Source: Antedon mediterranea (taxonomy: Eukaryota > Animalia > Echinodermata). Taken from it: DNA of 64,000 nucleotides. Below the pieces are notes generated by a model that searched no databases, was not told the origin of the DNA, and saw nothing but the letters and a program-made list of their open reading frames with translations. The stretch spans positions 20,597,237 to 20,661,236 of the forward strand of contig NC_092672.1 in NCBI RefSeq assembly GCF_964355755.1, written 5' to 3'. The translations under genes were made by a program, and so were the position numbers. Positions 36,766 to 51,669 of the stretch are shown here, one piece after another (position 1 is the stretch's first letter; each line of letters starts with the position of its first letter).

Positions 36766-38308
36766 TTGTTTTTTAGGTCCTTTTCATTTTCATCTATTAT
36801 TTTCTTTGAACATATTTGTATAAATAAACTCCGAATACTTGATTATGATCAAATAATTTTCAAACATTTAATTATGACTTCCCTCTCATTATATGGATAT
36901 TGGTTGTTTTATATACTATTACGTTATTTAGGCCTATACATAATCCGTACATTGTTTTTTTTTTGTATTTTAACCTATGTACATATTTTTATGACGAATA
37001 AACTTGAATTGGAGATACTTCTTATAAATTGTAAGATGATCCAAGAGAAGGCTTAAGAGTAACGATTATTTGTTTTAATAAGTCGAGACCCTTTTCTGTT
37101 ACAAACTTGTGGTGGAGGGAAGATTCCCGAAAGTCCATCTAAGTAAGCTTGGAAAATGTACAGGACACTGACCAGCAACGGTTATCCAGAAAAGAACAAC
37201 TCAGCGTATTCGAGTATATGAACTGGGACGGAAAAACAGAAATAAATAATACGAAATGTTTAAGTGCTTAGAAGCATTGTACAATAAGCGCTTTGTACGA
37301 ACGAATATTATTATTAAGAGAGAAAAAATACATATAGAAAAGCAAAGCACTGAATTGTCATCATATCATTGCTTTCTTCTATAACAATTAATGTTATATG
37401 AACTGAGACGTACCACCAGGTGCACAATATAACAATTAATGTTACATGAACTGAGACGTACCACCAGGTGCACAATAGAAATGTATGTTTATACAGAATG
37501 TGTTTATAGATTTAAAAAAGTACAATGACTTCCGTGTTTAACAATGAGAAATTATGATGAAACTAATTAATAAATACTTGAACCACGAAGGATAGAATAC
37601 AAGTGATACAAACTAAAATGATAAAACAACAAAATAGTATTAATGATTTTGTTGTTGTTGCTTTTATATATTTTTGTAAATGCAACATTGTACTTATGTT
37701 TTTAATGATGTTTATGCGATTTTCGTGTTTTATTAACTTATCCCTTTTTTATTTGTTTTAGTTTAGGTTTTTAGTTCGTTAGTGCCATAATGTGTTACCA
37801 TACCAAAGATGAAGTATTAAAACAAATAGATAAACAAACGGGTTCTACATCATCAGGGTTCACAAGTCAAAAATACACATTTTTTTCAATAATAATATTA
37901 ATGGGATATAAATACCATTTTTTCAACATTGATATTTCATTGTATATCAACTGTAGCTAATTCAACGTCATGTGTATTTTTGCCGTCCTGTCTAGCAATA
38001 ATAAGTTGCTTGATTGATGGTGTAAATATGAATAACATGCAGTTTTCATGTATATTCATTAGTCTTATTATTCATAACATGTCAAATATAGTTGTAATCA
38101 TCTCAAACCTACTTATTTAAACAAGGCCTAGTAATAATGGCATTGGAACAAATACATCATTTCAATATTCGCAGTATTTTATTGATTATTCCGCTATTCT
38201 ATTCTACATTACAGACTTAACAACTTCATATTACGTCATAGTTGTTTGCCGTACTATGCCGTACATCAATTCATAATTATTCATTTTATTTGTGTCAATA
38301 AAAAGTCA

Positions 38309-41300
38309 GTGAGATTATTATACATCTCTCTGATAATAACAATACAAACGTGGTGAGATTATTATACATCTCTCTGATAATAACAATACAAACGTGGTGA
38401 GATTATTATACATCTCTCTGATAATAACAATACAAACGTGGTGAGATTATTATACATCTCTCTGATAATAACAATACAAACGTGGTGAGATTATTATACA
38501 TCTCTCTGACAATAACAATACAAACGTGGTGAGATTGTTATACATCTCTCTGATATTAACAATACAAACGTGGTGAGATTATTATACATCTCTCTAATAA
38601 TAACAATACAAACGTGGTGAGATTATTATACATCTCTCTGATAATAACAATACAAACGTGGTGAGATTATTATACATCTCTCTGACAATAACAATACAAA
38701 CGTGTTGAGATTATTATACATCTCTCTGATAATAACAATACAAACGTGGTGAGATTATTATACATCTCTCTGATAATAACAATACATTTTTTTTTTTTTT
38801 TTCATTTCTTTATTCGAATTCATAAAATAACACAACATAAAAAAAATACAAAGAATGAATTCAGGGTAACACAAAAAAGTAACCAAAGGTCAAACTTATT
38901 TCCATTGTGGCCCTTAAGGATAAAAACACCATAAGAATAAACATTTACAATAAACAATAACACATGTAGTAACAATATAAATATAAATTATAATCTTTCA
39001 AGCATAACCTCTTTGAGATGTTTACAAACGTGGTGAGATTATTATACATCTCTCTGACAATAACAATACAAACGTAGTGAGATTATTATACATCTCTCTG
39101 ACAATAACAATACAAACGTGGTGAGATTGTTATACATCTCTCTGATATTAACAATACAAACGTGGTGAGATTATTATACATCTCTCTGATAATAACAATA
39201 CAAACGTGGTGAGATTATTATACATCTCTCTGATAATAACAATACAAACGTGGTGAGATTATTATACATCTCTCTAATAATAACAATACAAACGTGGTGA
39301 GATTATTATACATCTCTCTGATAATAACAATACAAACGTGGTGAGATTATTATACATCTCTCTGATAATAATAATACAAGCGTGGTGAGATTATTATACA
39401 TCTCTCTGATAATAACAATACAAACGTGGTGAGATTATTATACATCTCTCTGACAATAACAATACAAACGTGGTGAGATTATTATACATCTCTCTGATAA
39501 TAACAATACAAACGTGGTGAGATTATTATACATCTCTCTGATAATAACAATACAAACGTGGTGAGATTATTATACATCTCTCTGATAATAACAATACAAA
39601 CGTGGTGAGATTATTATACACCTCTCTGATAATAACAATACAAACGTGGTGAGATTATTATACATCTCTGACAATAACAATACAAACGTGTTGAGATTAT
39701 TATACATCTCTCTGATAATAACAATACAAACGTGGTGAGATTATTATACACCTCTCTGATAATAACAATACAAACGTGGTGAGATTATTATACATCTCTG
39801 ACAATAACAATACAAACATGGTGAGATTATTATACATCTCTCTGATAATAACAATACAAACGTGGTGAGATTATTATACATCTCTCTGATAATAACAATA
39901 CAAACGTGGTGAGATTATCATACATCTCTTTGACAATAACAATACAAACGTGGTGAGATTATCATACAGCTCTCTGATAATAACAATACAAACGTGGTGA
40001 GATTATTATACATCTCTCTGATAATAACAATACAAACGTGGTGAGATTATTATACATCTCTCTGACAATAACAAAACAAACGTGGTGAGATTATTATACA
40101 TCTCTCTGATAATAACAATACAAACGTGGTGAGATTATTATACATCTCTCTGACAATAAAAATACAAACGTGGTGAGATTATTATACATCTCTCTGATAA
40201 TAACAATACAAACGTGGTGAGATTATTATACATCTCTCTGATAATAACAATACAAACATGGTGAGATTATTATACATCTCTCTGATAATAACAATACAAA
40301 CGTGGTGAGATTATTATACATCTCTCTGATAATAACAATACAAACGTGGTGAGATTATTATACATCTCTCTGACAATAACAATACAAACGTGGTGAGATT
40401 ATTATACATCTCTCTGATAATAACAATACAAACGTGGTGAGATTATTATACATCTCTCTGATAATAACAATACAAACGTGGTGAGATTATTATACATCTC
40501 TCTGACAATAACAATACAAACGTGGTGAGATTATTATACATCTCTCTGACAATAACAATACAAACGTGGTGAGATTATTATACATCTCTCTGATAATAAC
40601 AATACAAACGTGGTGAGATTATTATACATCTCTCTGATAATAACAATACAAACGTGGTGAGATTATTATACATCTCTCTGATAATAACAATACAAACGTG
40701 GTGAGATTATTATACATCTCTTTGATAATAACAATACAAACGTGGTGAGATTATTATACATCTCTCTGACAATAACCATACAAACGTGGTGAGATTATTA
40801 TACATCTCTCTGATAATAACAATACAAACGTGGTGAGATTATTATACATCTCTCTGACAATAACAATACAAACGTGGTGAGATTATTATACATCTCTGAT
40901 AATAACAATACAAACGTGGTGAGATTATTATACATCTCTCTGATAATAACAATACAAACGTGGTGAGATTATTATACATCTCTCTGATAATAACAATACA
41001 AACGTGGTGAGATTATTATACATCTCTCTGACAATAACAATACAAACGTGGTGAGATTATTATACATCTCTCTGATAATAACAATACAAACGTGGTGAGA
41101 TTATTATACATCTCTCTGATAATAACAATACAAACGTGGTGAGATTATTATACATCTCTCTGACAATAACAATACAAACGTGGTGAGATTGTTATACATC
41201 TCTCTGATAATAACAATACAAACGTGGTGAGATTATTATACATCTCTCTGACAATAACAATACAAACGTGGTGAGATTATTATACATCTCTCTGATAATA

Positions 41301-42264
41301 ACAATACAAACGTGGTGAGATTATTATACATCTCTCTGACAATAACAATACAAACGTGGTGAGATTATTATACATCTCTCTGACAATAACAATACAAACG
41401 TGGTGAGATTATTATACATCTCTCTGACAATAACAGTACAAACGTGGTGAGATTATTATACATCTCTCTGATAATAACAATACAAACGTGGTGAGATTAT
41501 TATACATCTCTCTGACAATAACAGTACAAACGTGGTGAGATTATTATACATCTCTCTGACAATAACAGTACAAACGTGGTGAGATTATTATACATCTCTC
41601 TGATAATAACAATACAAACGTGGTGAGATTATTATACATCTCTCTGATAATAACAATACAAACGTGGTGAGATTATTATACATCTCTCTGATAATAACAA
41701 TACAAACGTCGTGAGATTATCATACATCTCTGATAATAACAATACAAACGTGGTGAGATTATTATACATCTCTCTGATAATAACAATACAAACGTGGTGA
41801 GATTATTATACATCTCTCTAATAATAACAATACAAACGTGGTGAGATTATTATACATCTCTCTGATAATAACAATACAAACGTGGTGAGATTATTATACA
41901 TCTCTCTGATAATAACAATACAAACGTCGTGAGATTATTATACATCTCTGATAATAACAATACAAACGTGGTGAGATTATTATACATCTCTCTGATAATA
42001 ACAATACAAACGTGGTGAGATTATTATACATCTCTCTGATAATAACAATACAAACATGGTGAGATTATTATACATCTCTCTGATAATAACAATACAAACG
42101 TGGTGAGATTATTATACATCTCTCTGATAATAATAATACAAGCGTGGTGAGATTATTATACATCTCTCTGATAATAACAATACAAACGTGGTGAGATTAT
42201 TATACATCTCTCTGACAATAACAATACAAACGTGGTTAGATTATTATACATCTCTCTGACAATA
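38309..42264. repeat. 44-bp satellite array (~85 copies)
   Basis: Unit gtggtgagattattatacatctctctgataataacaatacaaac, highly homogeneous, interrupted at 38787-39022. Confidence 0.97.
38787..39022 (-). mobile_element. 5'-truncated LINE insertion within the 44-bp satellite
   Basis: Poly-T (poly-A on the - strand) with AATAAA just upstream; the - strand begins ...HLKEVMLERL*, resembling a LINE ORF2 end. taca is duplicated at both junctions. Confidence 0.7.
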
Positions 42265-42957
42265 AATCATATTTATTTATCTAACTTTGTTTTACAAGGG
42301 TAGCTCAGCTGTACTACAACAGAAAGCTGACTTGAAGGGAAAACAATACAAGTTAAAATTCTCAAAGATTAAAATCCCTTAATATAGGCCAAATCTTTTA
42401 AATCTATGAAAACTAATGTTTAATTAATTTTTATTTTAAACTATAATTAATTCAAAACACTTTTATAAATAAATATATGAGTAAATTCATATAATATTAA
42501 TAATTCAAATTAATTAATACCAAAAATGAAACATAGAAATCTAATTCGATTCATGTCCGAGAACAAATAATCTGTTGTATCACTGAACTTTAAATAATGA
42601 ATTAACACACAATGTGTTGAGATGTATTCGCTGAATCATACTTGGCAATCGTAAACTCGATGATTCTTTACCGAGAATAAACAGCATGTTTACATAGTTT
42701 AGCAAATTCAATCATTAGACTTGCCCAAGTCTGTACTTATTGTCTTTTTTATGCTATGTCCAGGCAGTCTAACAACAGGATGCAAAAACAAAATACATAT
42801 GTGCCAAAATACTATCTAATAAATTATTAAGTTGATCCACAGTTTATAGCGTAGACTATTATCATGATCTACCATCATAACATTAGTACGAAAGAGAAAA
42901 CATGTTGTATGATCATAGATCATGATCTATTATGCTATAATAATATTCTATTGAAAC

Positions 42958-43000
42958 CATGGAGGTATAAAAATATTTATTCTATTTTTATACCTCCATG
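42958..43000. mobile_element. 43-bp P-element-like remnant (probable excision footprint)
   Basis: catggaggtataaaaata-tttattc-tatttttatacctccatg with an exact 8-bp TSD attgaaac (42950-57, 43001-08). Confidence 0.75.
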
Positions 43001-43005
43001 ATTGA

Positions 43006-46000
43006 AACTACACATTTACATAGTTGACATAAACTACACCTTTACATAGTTGGCATAAACTACACCTTTACATAGTTGGTATAAACTACACCTTTACATA
43101 GTTGGCATAAACTACACCTTTACATAGTTGACATAAACTACACCTCTACATACTTGGCATAAACCACACCTTTACATACTTGGCATAAACTACAACACCT
43201 TTACATAGTTGGCATAAACTACATCTTTACATAGTTGGCATAAACTACACCTTTACATAGTTGACATAAACTACACCTTTACATAGTTGGTATAAACTAC
43301 ACCTTTACATAGTTGGCATAAACTACACCTTTACATAGTTGACATAAACTACACCTTTACATAGTTGGCATAAACTACACCTTTACATAGTTGGTATAAA
43401 CTACACCTTTACATAGTTGGCATAAACTACACCTTTACATAGTTGGCATAAACTACACCTTTACATAGTTGGCATAAACTACACCTTTACATAGTTGGTA
43501 TAAACTACACCTTTACATAGTTTGCATAAACTACACCTTTACATAGTTGGCATAAACTACACCTTTACATAGTTGGCATAAACTACACCTTTACATAGTT
43601 GGCATAAACTACACCTTTACATAGTTGGCATAAACTACACCTTTACATAGTTGGCATAAACTACACCTTTACATAGTTGGTATAAACTACACCTTTACAT
43701 AGTTTGCATAAACTACACCTTTACATAGTTGGCATAAACTACATCTTTACATAGTTGGCATAAACTACACCTTTACATAGTTGGCATAAACTACACCTTT
43801 ACATAGTTGGCATAAACTACACCTTTACATAGTTGGCATAAACTACACCTTTACATAGTTGGCATAAACTACACCTTTACATAGTTGGCATAAACTACAC
43901 CTTTACATAGTTGGCATAAACTACACCTTTACATAGTTGGCATAAACTACACCTTTACATAGTTGGTATAAACTACACCTTTACATAGTTGGCATAAACT
44001 ACACCTTTACATAGTTGGCATAAACTACACTTTTACATAGTTGACATAAACTACACCTTTACTTAGTTGACATAAACTACACCTTTACATAGTTGGCATA
44101 AACTACACCTTTACATAATTGGCATAAACTACACGTTTACATAGTTGGCATAAACTACACGTTTACATAGTTGGCATAAACTACACCTTTACATAGTTGG
44201 CATAAACTACACCTTTACATAGTTGACATAAACTACACCTTTACATAGTTGACATAAACTACACCTTTACATAGTTGGCATAAACTACACCTTTACATAG
44301 TTGGCATAAACTACACCTATACATTGTTGGCATGAAATACACCTTTACATAGTTGGTATAAACTACACCTTTACATAGTTGGCATAAACTACACCTTTAC
44401 ATAGTTGGCATAAACTACACCTTTACATAGTTGGCATAAACTACACCTTTACATAGTTGGTATAAACTACACCTTTACATAGTTTGCATAAACTACACCT
44501 TTACATAGTTGGCATAAACTACACCTTTACATAGTTGGCATAAACTACACCTTTACATAGTTGGCATAAACTACACCTTTACATAGTTGACATAAACTAC
44601 ACCTTTACATAGTTGGCATAAACTACACCTTTACATAGTTGGCATAAACTACACCTTTACATAGTTGGCATAAACTACACCTTTACATAGTTGGTATAAA
44701 CTACGCCTTTACATAGTTGGCATAAACTACACCTTTACATAGTTGGCATAAACTACACCTTTACATAGTTGACATAAACTACACCTTTACATAGTTGGCA
44801 TAAACTACACCTTTACATAGTTGGCATAAACTACACCTTTACATAGTTGGCATAAACTACACCTTTACATAGTTGGCATAAACTACACCTTTACATAGTT
44901 GGCATAAACTATACCTTTACATAGTTGGCATAAACTACACCTTTACATAGTTGGCATAAACTACACCTTTACATAGTTGGCATAAACTACACCTTTACAT
45001 AGTTGACATAAACTACACCTTTACATAGTTGGCATAAACTACACCTTTACATAGTTGGTATAAACTACACCTTTACATAGTTGGCATAAACTACACCTTT
45101 ACATAGTTGACATAAACTACACCTTTACATAGTTGGCATAAACTACACCTTTACATAGTTGGCATAAACTACACCTTTACATAGTTGGCATAAACTACAC
45201 CTTTACATAGTTGGCATAAACTACACCTTTACATAGTTGGCATAAACTACACCTTTACATAGTTGACATAAACTACACCTTTACATAGTTGGCATAAACT
45301 ACACCTTTACATAGTTGGCATAAACTACACCTTTACATAGTTGGCATAAACTACACCTTTACATAGTTGGCATAAACTACACCTTTACATAGTTGACATA
45401 AACTACACCTTTACATAGTTGGCATAAACTACACCTTTACATAGTTGGCATAAACTACACCTTTACATTGTTGACATAAACTACACCTTTACATAGTTGG
45501 CATAAACTACACCTTTACATAGTTGACATAAACTACACCTTTACATAGTTGACATAAACTACACCATTACATTGTTGACATAAACTACACCTTTACATAG
45601 TTGGCATAAACTACACCTTTACATAGTTGGCATAAACTACACCTTTACATAGTTGGCATAAACTACACCTTTACATAGTTGGCATAAACTACACCTTTAC
45701 ATAGTTGACATAAACTACACCTTTACATAGTTGGCATAAACTACACCTTTACATAGTTGGCATAAACTACACCTTTACATTGTTGACATAAACTACACCT
45801 TTACATAGTTGGCATAAACTACACCTTTACATAGTTGACATAAACTACACCTTTACATAGTTGACATAAACTACACCATTACATTGTTGACATAAACTAC
45901 ACCTTTACATAGTTGGCATAAACTACACCTTTACATAGTTGGCATAAACTACACCTTTACATAGTTGGCATAAACTACACCTTTACATAGTTGGCATAAA

Positions 46001-46803
46001 CTACACCTTTACATAGTTGACATAAACTACACCTTTACATAGTTGGCATAAACTACACCTTTACATAGTTGGCATAAACTACACCTTTACATTGTTGACA
46101 TAAACTACACCTTTACATAGTTGGCATAAACTACACCTTTACATAGTTGACATAAACTACACCTTTACATAGTTGACATAAACTACACCATTACATTGTT
46201 GACATAAACTACACCTTTACATAGTTGGCATAAACTACACCTTTACATAGTTGGCATAAACTACACCTTTACATAGTTGGCATAAACTACACCTTTACAT
46301 AGTTGACATAAACTACACCTTTACATAGTTGGCATAAACTACACCTTTACATAGTTGGCATAAACTACACCTTTACATTGTTGACATAAACTACACCTTT
46401 ACATAGTTGGCATAAACTACACCTTTACATAGTTGACATAAACTACACCTTTACATAGTTGACATAAACTACACCATTACATTGTTGACATAAACTACAC
46501 CTTTACATAGTTGGCATAAACTACACCTTTACATAGTTGGCATAAACTACACCTTTACATAGTTGGCATAAACTACACCTTTACATAGTTGACATAAACT
46601 ACACCTTTACATAGTTGGCATAAACTACACCTTTACATAGTTGGCATAAACTACACCTTTACATTGTTGACATAAACTACACCTTTACGTAGTTGACATA
46701 AACTACACCTTTACATAGTTGACATAAACTACACCTTGACATAGTTGACATAAACTACACCTTTACATAGTTGGCATAAACTACACCTTTACATTGTTGA
46801 CAT
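43006..46803. repeat. 26-bp satellite array (~145 copies) with a higher-order repeat at its 3' end
   Basis: Unit ggcataaactacacctttacatagtt. Confidence 0.97.
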
Positions 46804-47335
46804 TAAAATAGCATACCAAGCATACAAACAATACAACAAACGGATACAAAATAAATGGCGTGAACACAGGAATAAATGATAACTAATTTTAAACCAACCG
46901 ACTCGATCTCTGTTGTAGTCACACATTCCTGACATAAAAAACCATTAAATATTAGGGTAAAAGGTGAAAATAATCATAATAACTTAACTATAGTATATAT
47001 AATAATAACTGAAAAATATCGATAACTGAAAAGGTAACATACACTACTCCACACTAACATTTGCAAGCTAGCTCTGAGATTATAATTTAGTTTTTCCATG
47101 ATCTTTATCAAGATTAAAATGGTATTGCTGAGGGAAAGTGTATAGTGTTTATGTGTACTGTTGCATACAAAGTCACGTTAAATTAATAATGTTTCTCTCC
47201 TAAGTCCAGGCAATCTAACAACAGGATGCAGGATCTATTATGCTATAATAATAAATTAATAATGTTTCCCTCCGAAGTGCTATACTAGATCACGTTATAC
47301 CCAGATATTTATAATTTATACTACACTCTAGATAG

Positions 47336-48133
47336 AACAAGGCCAACAGCCATTAAGTCGCGTGCTACAATGCATAGTGATACCGGACCGACAGACAGAC
47401 TGACAGACAGACCGACAGACCGACAGACAGACAGACCGACCGACCGACATAGTGAACTATACTGACCGAAATTACTGAACATGTTTAAAAATGTTGAAAT
47501 GTTTAAAAACATTTATATTTTTTTAATTTACACGTGCGTAGCCTGTCACTTTTGACGTGCTCGTATAACGTAATTTCGAGCTGAAAAGTAAGTCAAGAAA
47601 ACAGAAATCGGGCAAAAAGAGTGCGCAATAACATTTAACGCGCAGTGCGCGCGCAAAAATATGCGCACTCATGGCAATTTTGTAAACGCTTAAAATTGCC
47701 TGAAACGTACTCTTATTTCATCGAAAATAAATTTTAAGCGCGCGTACGCATGCGTTACATGCGCTACGCACGTAATTGTATTGCCATTATGATGATTTAT
47801 GCCCTGAAATTTATGAGTATGAAATTTTATTTAATTGTGATTCATGGTTGTGAAGATATGATTACAAACGTGATTTCGTTAAATCGTTCGTAGACCGCGT
47901 AATTCTTTATTGCGCACCGTGAAAACATAACCACATTGATTCCTGGCCATAAGGAATATACTGTGAAAAATTGACCTAGCTAAATTAAACTGATATCAAG
48001 ATAAGGTCAGAAAACGATAAAACGCATAGTGATACCGGACCGACAGACAGACAGACCGACAGACAGACAGACAGACAGACCAACCAACCAACCGACATAG
48101 TGAACTATAGAGTCACTTCCACGCGACTAAAAA
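47336..48133 (-). mobile_element. Helentron-associated element, second long copy
   Basis: Colinear and nearly identical to 18012-18828. Confidence 0.8.
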
Positions 48134-48639
48134 GAGATCATTAAAACATAATAATATCGATCCGCAAGAAGTTAATTTTGTAATCAATTGTTTATTAAGT
48201 GAAAGAATGAGTTGCAACCATAATTTCCACATTTGGCTTGCCTGAGATCATGTTTACTATTATAAATGCCAATACCTTTAGATTTATAATAGTGCACTCT
48301 ATAGTTTAGACATAATTTTATAAAACCTCCCGGTAAATTTAATTTTTCCAAATTGATAATTTTAGGTTCACATGAAGTGACTGCTTTATCATTATCATTA
48401 TCAGTGTAAGACGCTGCATGGATCCATATCAGTTTGTATATTGCGCTAATTGGGTTGATGACGATTTTTTATTTTTAAAATCCTTTTGGCTCATCTGACA
48501 AAGCTAAGTCCCATGCAGATCTTCATTTAAAAAATCTCCTCCCGTCATTTAATACTATCGAATCTTATGTAATAATAGATAAGCTTTGAAATTTAAACAA
48601 CTTTTAGAAACATTTGAACACTTCTTGCCTTACCTCCAT

Positions 48640-48875
48640 CTTGGAGTGGAGCTTGATGCTTATGATGCTTGGCTACCACTCCAAGGGTCCTGGGTTCAAG
48701 TCCCGTCACATGTCAGAATTTTTTTCTAAGGATAAAATTACAACTCCACTCCGAAAGACTTGTAATAAGACATTGTTTATGTAGCGCATCTTGTGTATAT
48801 GTTTGTCTTGTGAACCTCTGAGGGTCCCTAATGATCAGCAATTGCTGGATGGATCACCCTATGGTAACAAAAATC
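48640..48875 (+). mobile_element. tRNA-derived SINE-like element (decayed)
   Basis: B-box ggttcaagtcc (~48692-48702) in a tRNA-like head followed by a body; boundaries approximate. Confidence 0.45.
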
Positions 48876-48899
48876 TATCCAATCGGGACCAGTTGTATC

Positions 48900-49995
48900 T
48901 TTGATGATGATTTTACTGAAATGAGTATTATGAATGTTGTTTATAACAGAGGTAAAACTATTTCACCAAGACAACATTGAGCATGGGAAGGTTAAAGTCG
49001 CCGATTAAATGAATTTGGTTGTACAAAGGTCTAAGAGCATTAAGAATTGAAGTTAATTTATATTGAAATCGTCTTTATTACCATCAGAACAAATGACTTT
49101 GTTTGGTAAGAGGCATGGTCTTAGTTCAGTTATTATGATCTCGTCGTTGGGCTCAAGATCATGCCTTCTGATTGATATGAGAGACGACCTAATGGCACAC
49201 AGTGTACAAGACCACCACTATTTTTTGGACCAAGTAAACGGCCTTTGCTATATAAGAAATAACCAATTTGAGGTATTTCAGTGTCAGATAGAGAATCATT
49301 GAACCACGTGTCAGAGTCGTGTTTTGGGACGACTGGATTACTTCCAAGTCTCTAAACTTGTTGACTGTATTACTGCTTCTAGCAATTCAAATGGTGGTTT
49401 ACATGGTCGCTCTAATCCACACGTTCGTTATCAGAGTCGGAGGCATATTCACTGTCAACAGATTCTGTATCATTAGTTTTTAAAAACAAGTCACTGAACA
49501 GAGGCAAGGAACATGGGTGTAGTACCAGATGTCAACTGATTTCGCGAGAGCGTAAAACTCATCCTCTAAAAAGTTGGCAAAATTCAGATGGAATCAATAG
49601 TTGCAATCGTCGCATTGATTCGATCTGACACACTTAGTACAAGAACCGAATGGATCCTTAGTGGGCCGGGGTTATATGCTATATCACCACTCAGTGCGAG
49701 AATCAAAAGCGAACAAAATGCAAGATCAGTATATGCAAGTATGGTTTATTTTAAACTTCGGAATGACGAACGAATAAAGAATCTATGTATAGGCTGGCAA
49801 GTCTTGGAAAGCGTGTTATTATTTGTGTTGACTCCACGGTATCGGCGGTTGACTTGATGAGTATTCCGCATTCACTTCAAAACGTCCATTTACAAATTAC
49901 AGATATTAATAGAACTACTATACTAGGGCAGTTCTTTGATGTCCCATGTTCGCTGTATGTGGCCTGTACAATGCAGACAAATAAATAAATAGATA
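48900..49995 (+). mobile_element. Heavily decayed LINE-like segment
   Basis: More GC-rich, coding-like but stop-ridden sequence ending in a (TAAA)n tail at ~49978-49995; no clean motif recovered. Confidence 0.3.
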
Positions 49996-51564
49996 AACGG
50001 TACAGCTTGAAATAAAACAAAGGGATAAAACTCAACTGTAATTTAAAATACAATGGAGATCACGGTTAAATCAAAACAACTGTACAGTTCTTGTAAGCTT
50101 ATAACTACAAATTACCGATCTCTTGACAATAATTGTAAAGATGTGGTTCACTTTACAAACTAGTGTATGATATTGTCTTAAAATGAACTAAAATTAGAAC
50201 CTGAACGTGAACCTGATTCAAGTTGTCATATTTTACTACAAGATGCACACTAGGAACAATGTTAACATATGCAAATTTTTACTTGCGAACTTGATTAAGC
50301 TTGGATGGTGTAGACATAATTTACATTTAAGGAGCTTCTCTAATTTGTTTCGGAAAATTTACTTTTTAAATTCTTAAAATGTTGTATGTATCGGCCTGTA
50401 GGCCTAATTGTTAGTGTTATTTCTTTTGTCGAGAAACTACTAGGCCTATATTTGGAAAATCACAAGAAGGGCAGGGCGTAGGATTGTAATTGATGTCTGT
50501 AATTGAATTTAAACAGGATGCATGTGTTGTCTTCCCGGTTGTCTTGGTAAAACGCAATCTGCAATATGTATCATCTGCTTCACAAAGAAGATAGCGTTAT
50601 TCCATCCATAATCCGTACAGGTTACCTCCTACATCTTTAATAAGTCGTTTGTTATACACAGTTCATTGTTGCTATATTATTATTCATAGAGAGCACTCCC
50701 GGATCACTTTTAAATAATACAATGTTTAACCAGGTTTTATATTTTTTTCTATATATTTGGTATTAATGAAAATAATGTATTTGTTCTGTATATTGGAAAA
50801 AATATATAAAAAGAAATATATTTACAATATGATTTTAATTATTTGTATATAATTTGACACACGCACATACAAAGACGCAGACAACTGATGGGTAAACTTT
50901 TACTTTGATTAGAAGAATTTAATATTGGATTTGATATAATAATTCTAATTTTTGTTAATTAGGCCTATAATCACAGACAAAATGAGATTTTAGGCTACAG
51001 TAATCATTCATAATACCGTAAGCATTAATCTACAAGCACATTTGTCATAAATGTAGGCCATACAACATTGGAATGTTGGTCCTTAACTCGCTGAGATTCC
51101 GTATTAATTACCGTAGGTTAGAGCCTATTTATACACGTATATGCGTAAGCCATGGCGTACGCATTGCGTAGCATACGCCTTGCGTGTGAACTAAGCACTT
51201 ACTACGCCACGGCCATGGCGTTAGATAACGAGCCTAACGCTGTGTCGTTTGTTCCACAGTTCATTGTTGCTTGATAATTTATTCATTCAGAGCACACCGG
51301 AACACTTCATTCAATTTTTCAATAGTATATTTATATAATACAATTTTTAATAACCAGATTTTAAATTATATTTTGACCAATTAATGATATATTTAATATG
51401 TAATATGTATATTGGACAAAATAAAAAAAGAAATATATTTGACATACTATATTATTATTTGAAACAACTAACGGGTAAACTTTACTTTGATTAGAAGAAA
51501 TAAATGTTTATTTGATTTGATATAATAATTCTAATATTTGCTACGTCTACTCTAAGACCCGTAA

Positions 51565-51669
51565 GGTCCGTATTAATGACTGGACTATCTCTGGATTTAG
51601 TCTGGACAATCTTTAGTCCTGGACTAAACCAGTATTAAAATCGGCAAAAGATAGTCATGAATACGGGCC
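51565..51669. mobile_element. Small MITE (Harbinger-type ends)
   Basis: Imperfect TIRs ggtccgtattaatgact / agtcatgaatacgggcc; TSD not exact. Confidence 0.5.

Noticed and set aside
38309-46803. CRISPR-like appearance of the 44-bp and 26-bp arrays
   Set aside because: The units are head-to-tail with no unique spacers, there are no cas genes, and the context is eukaryotic.
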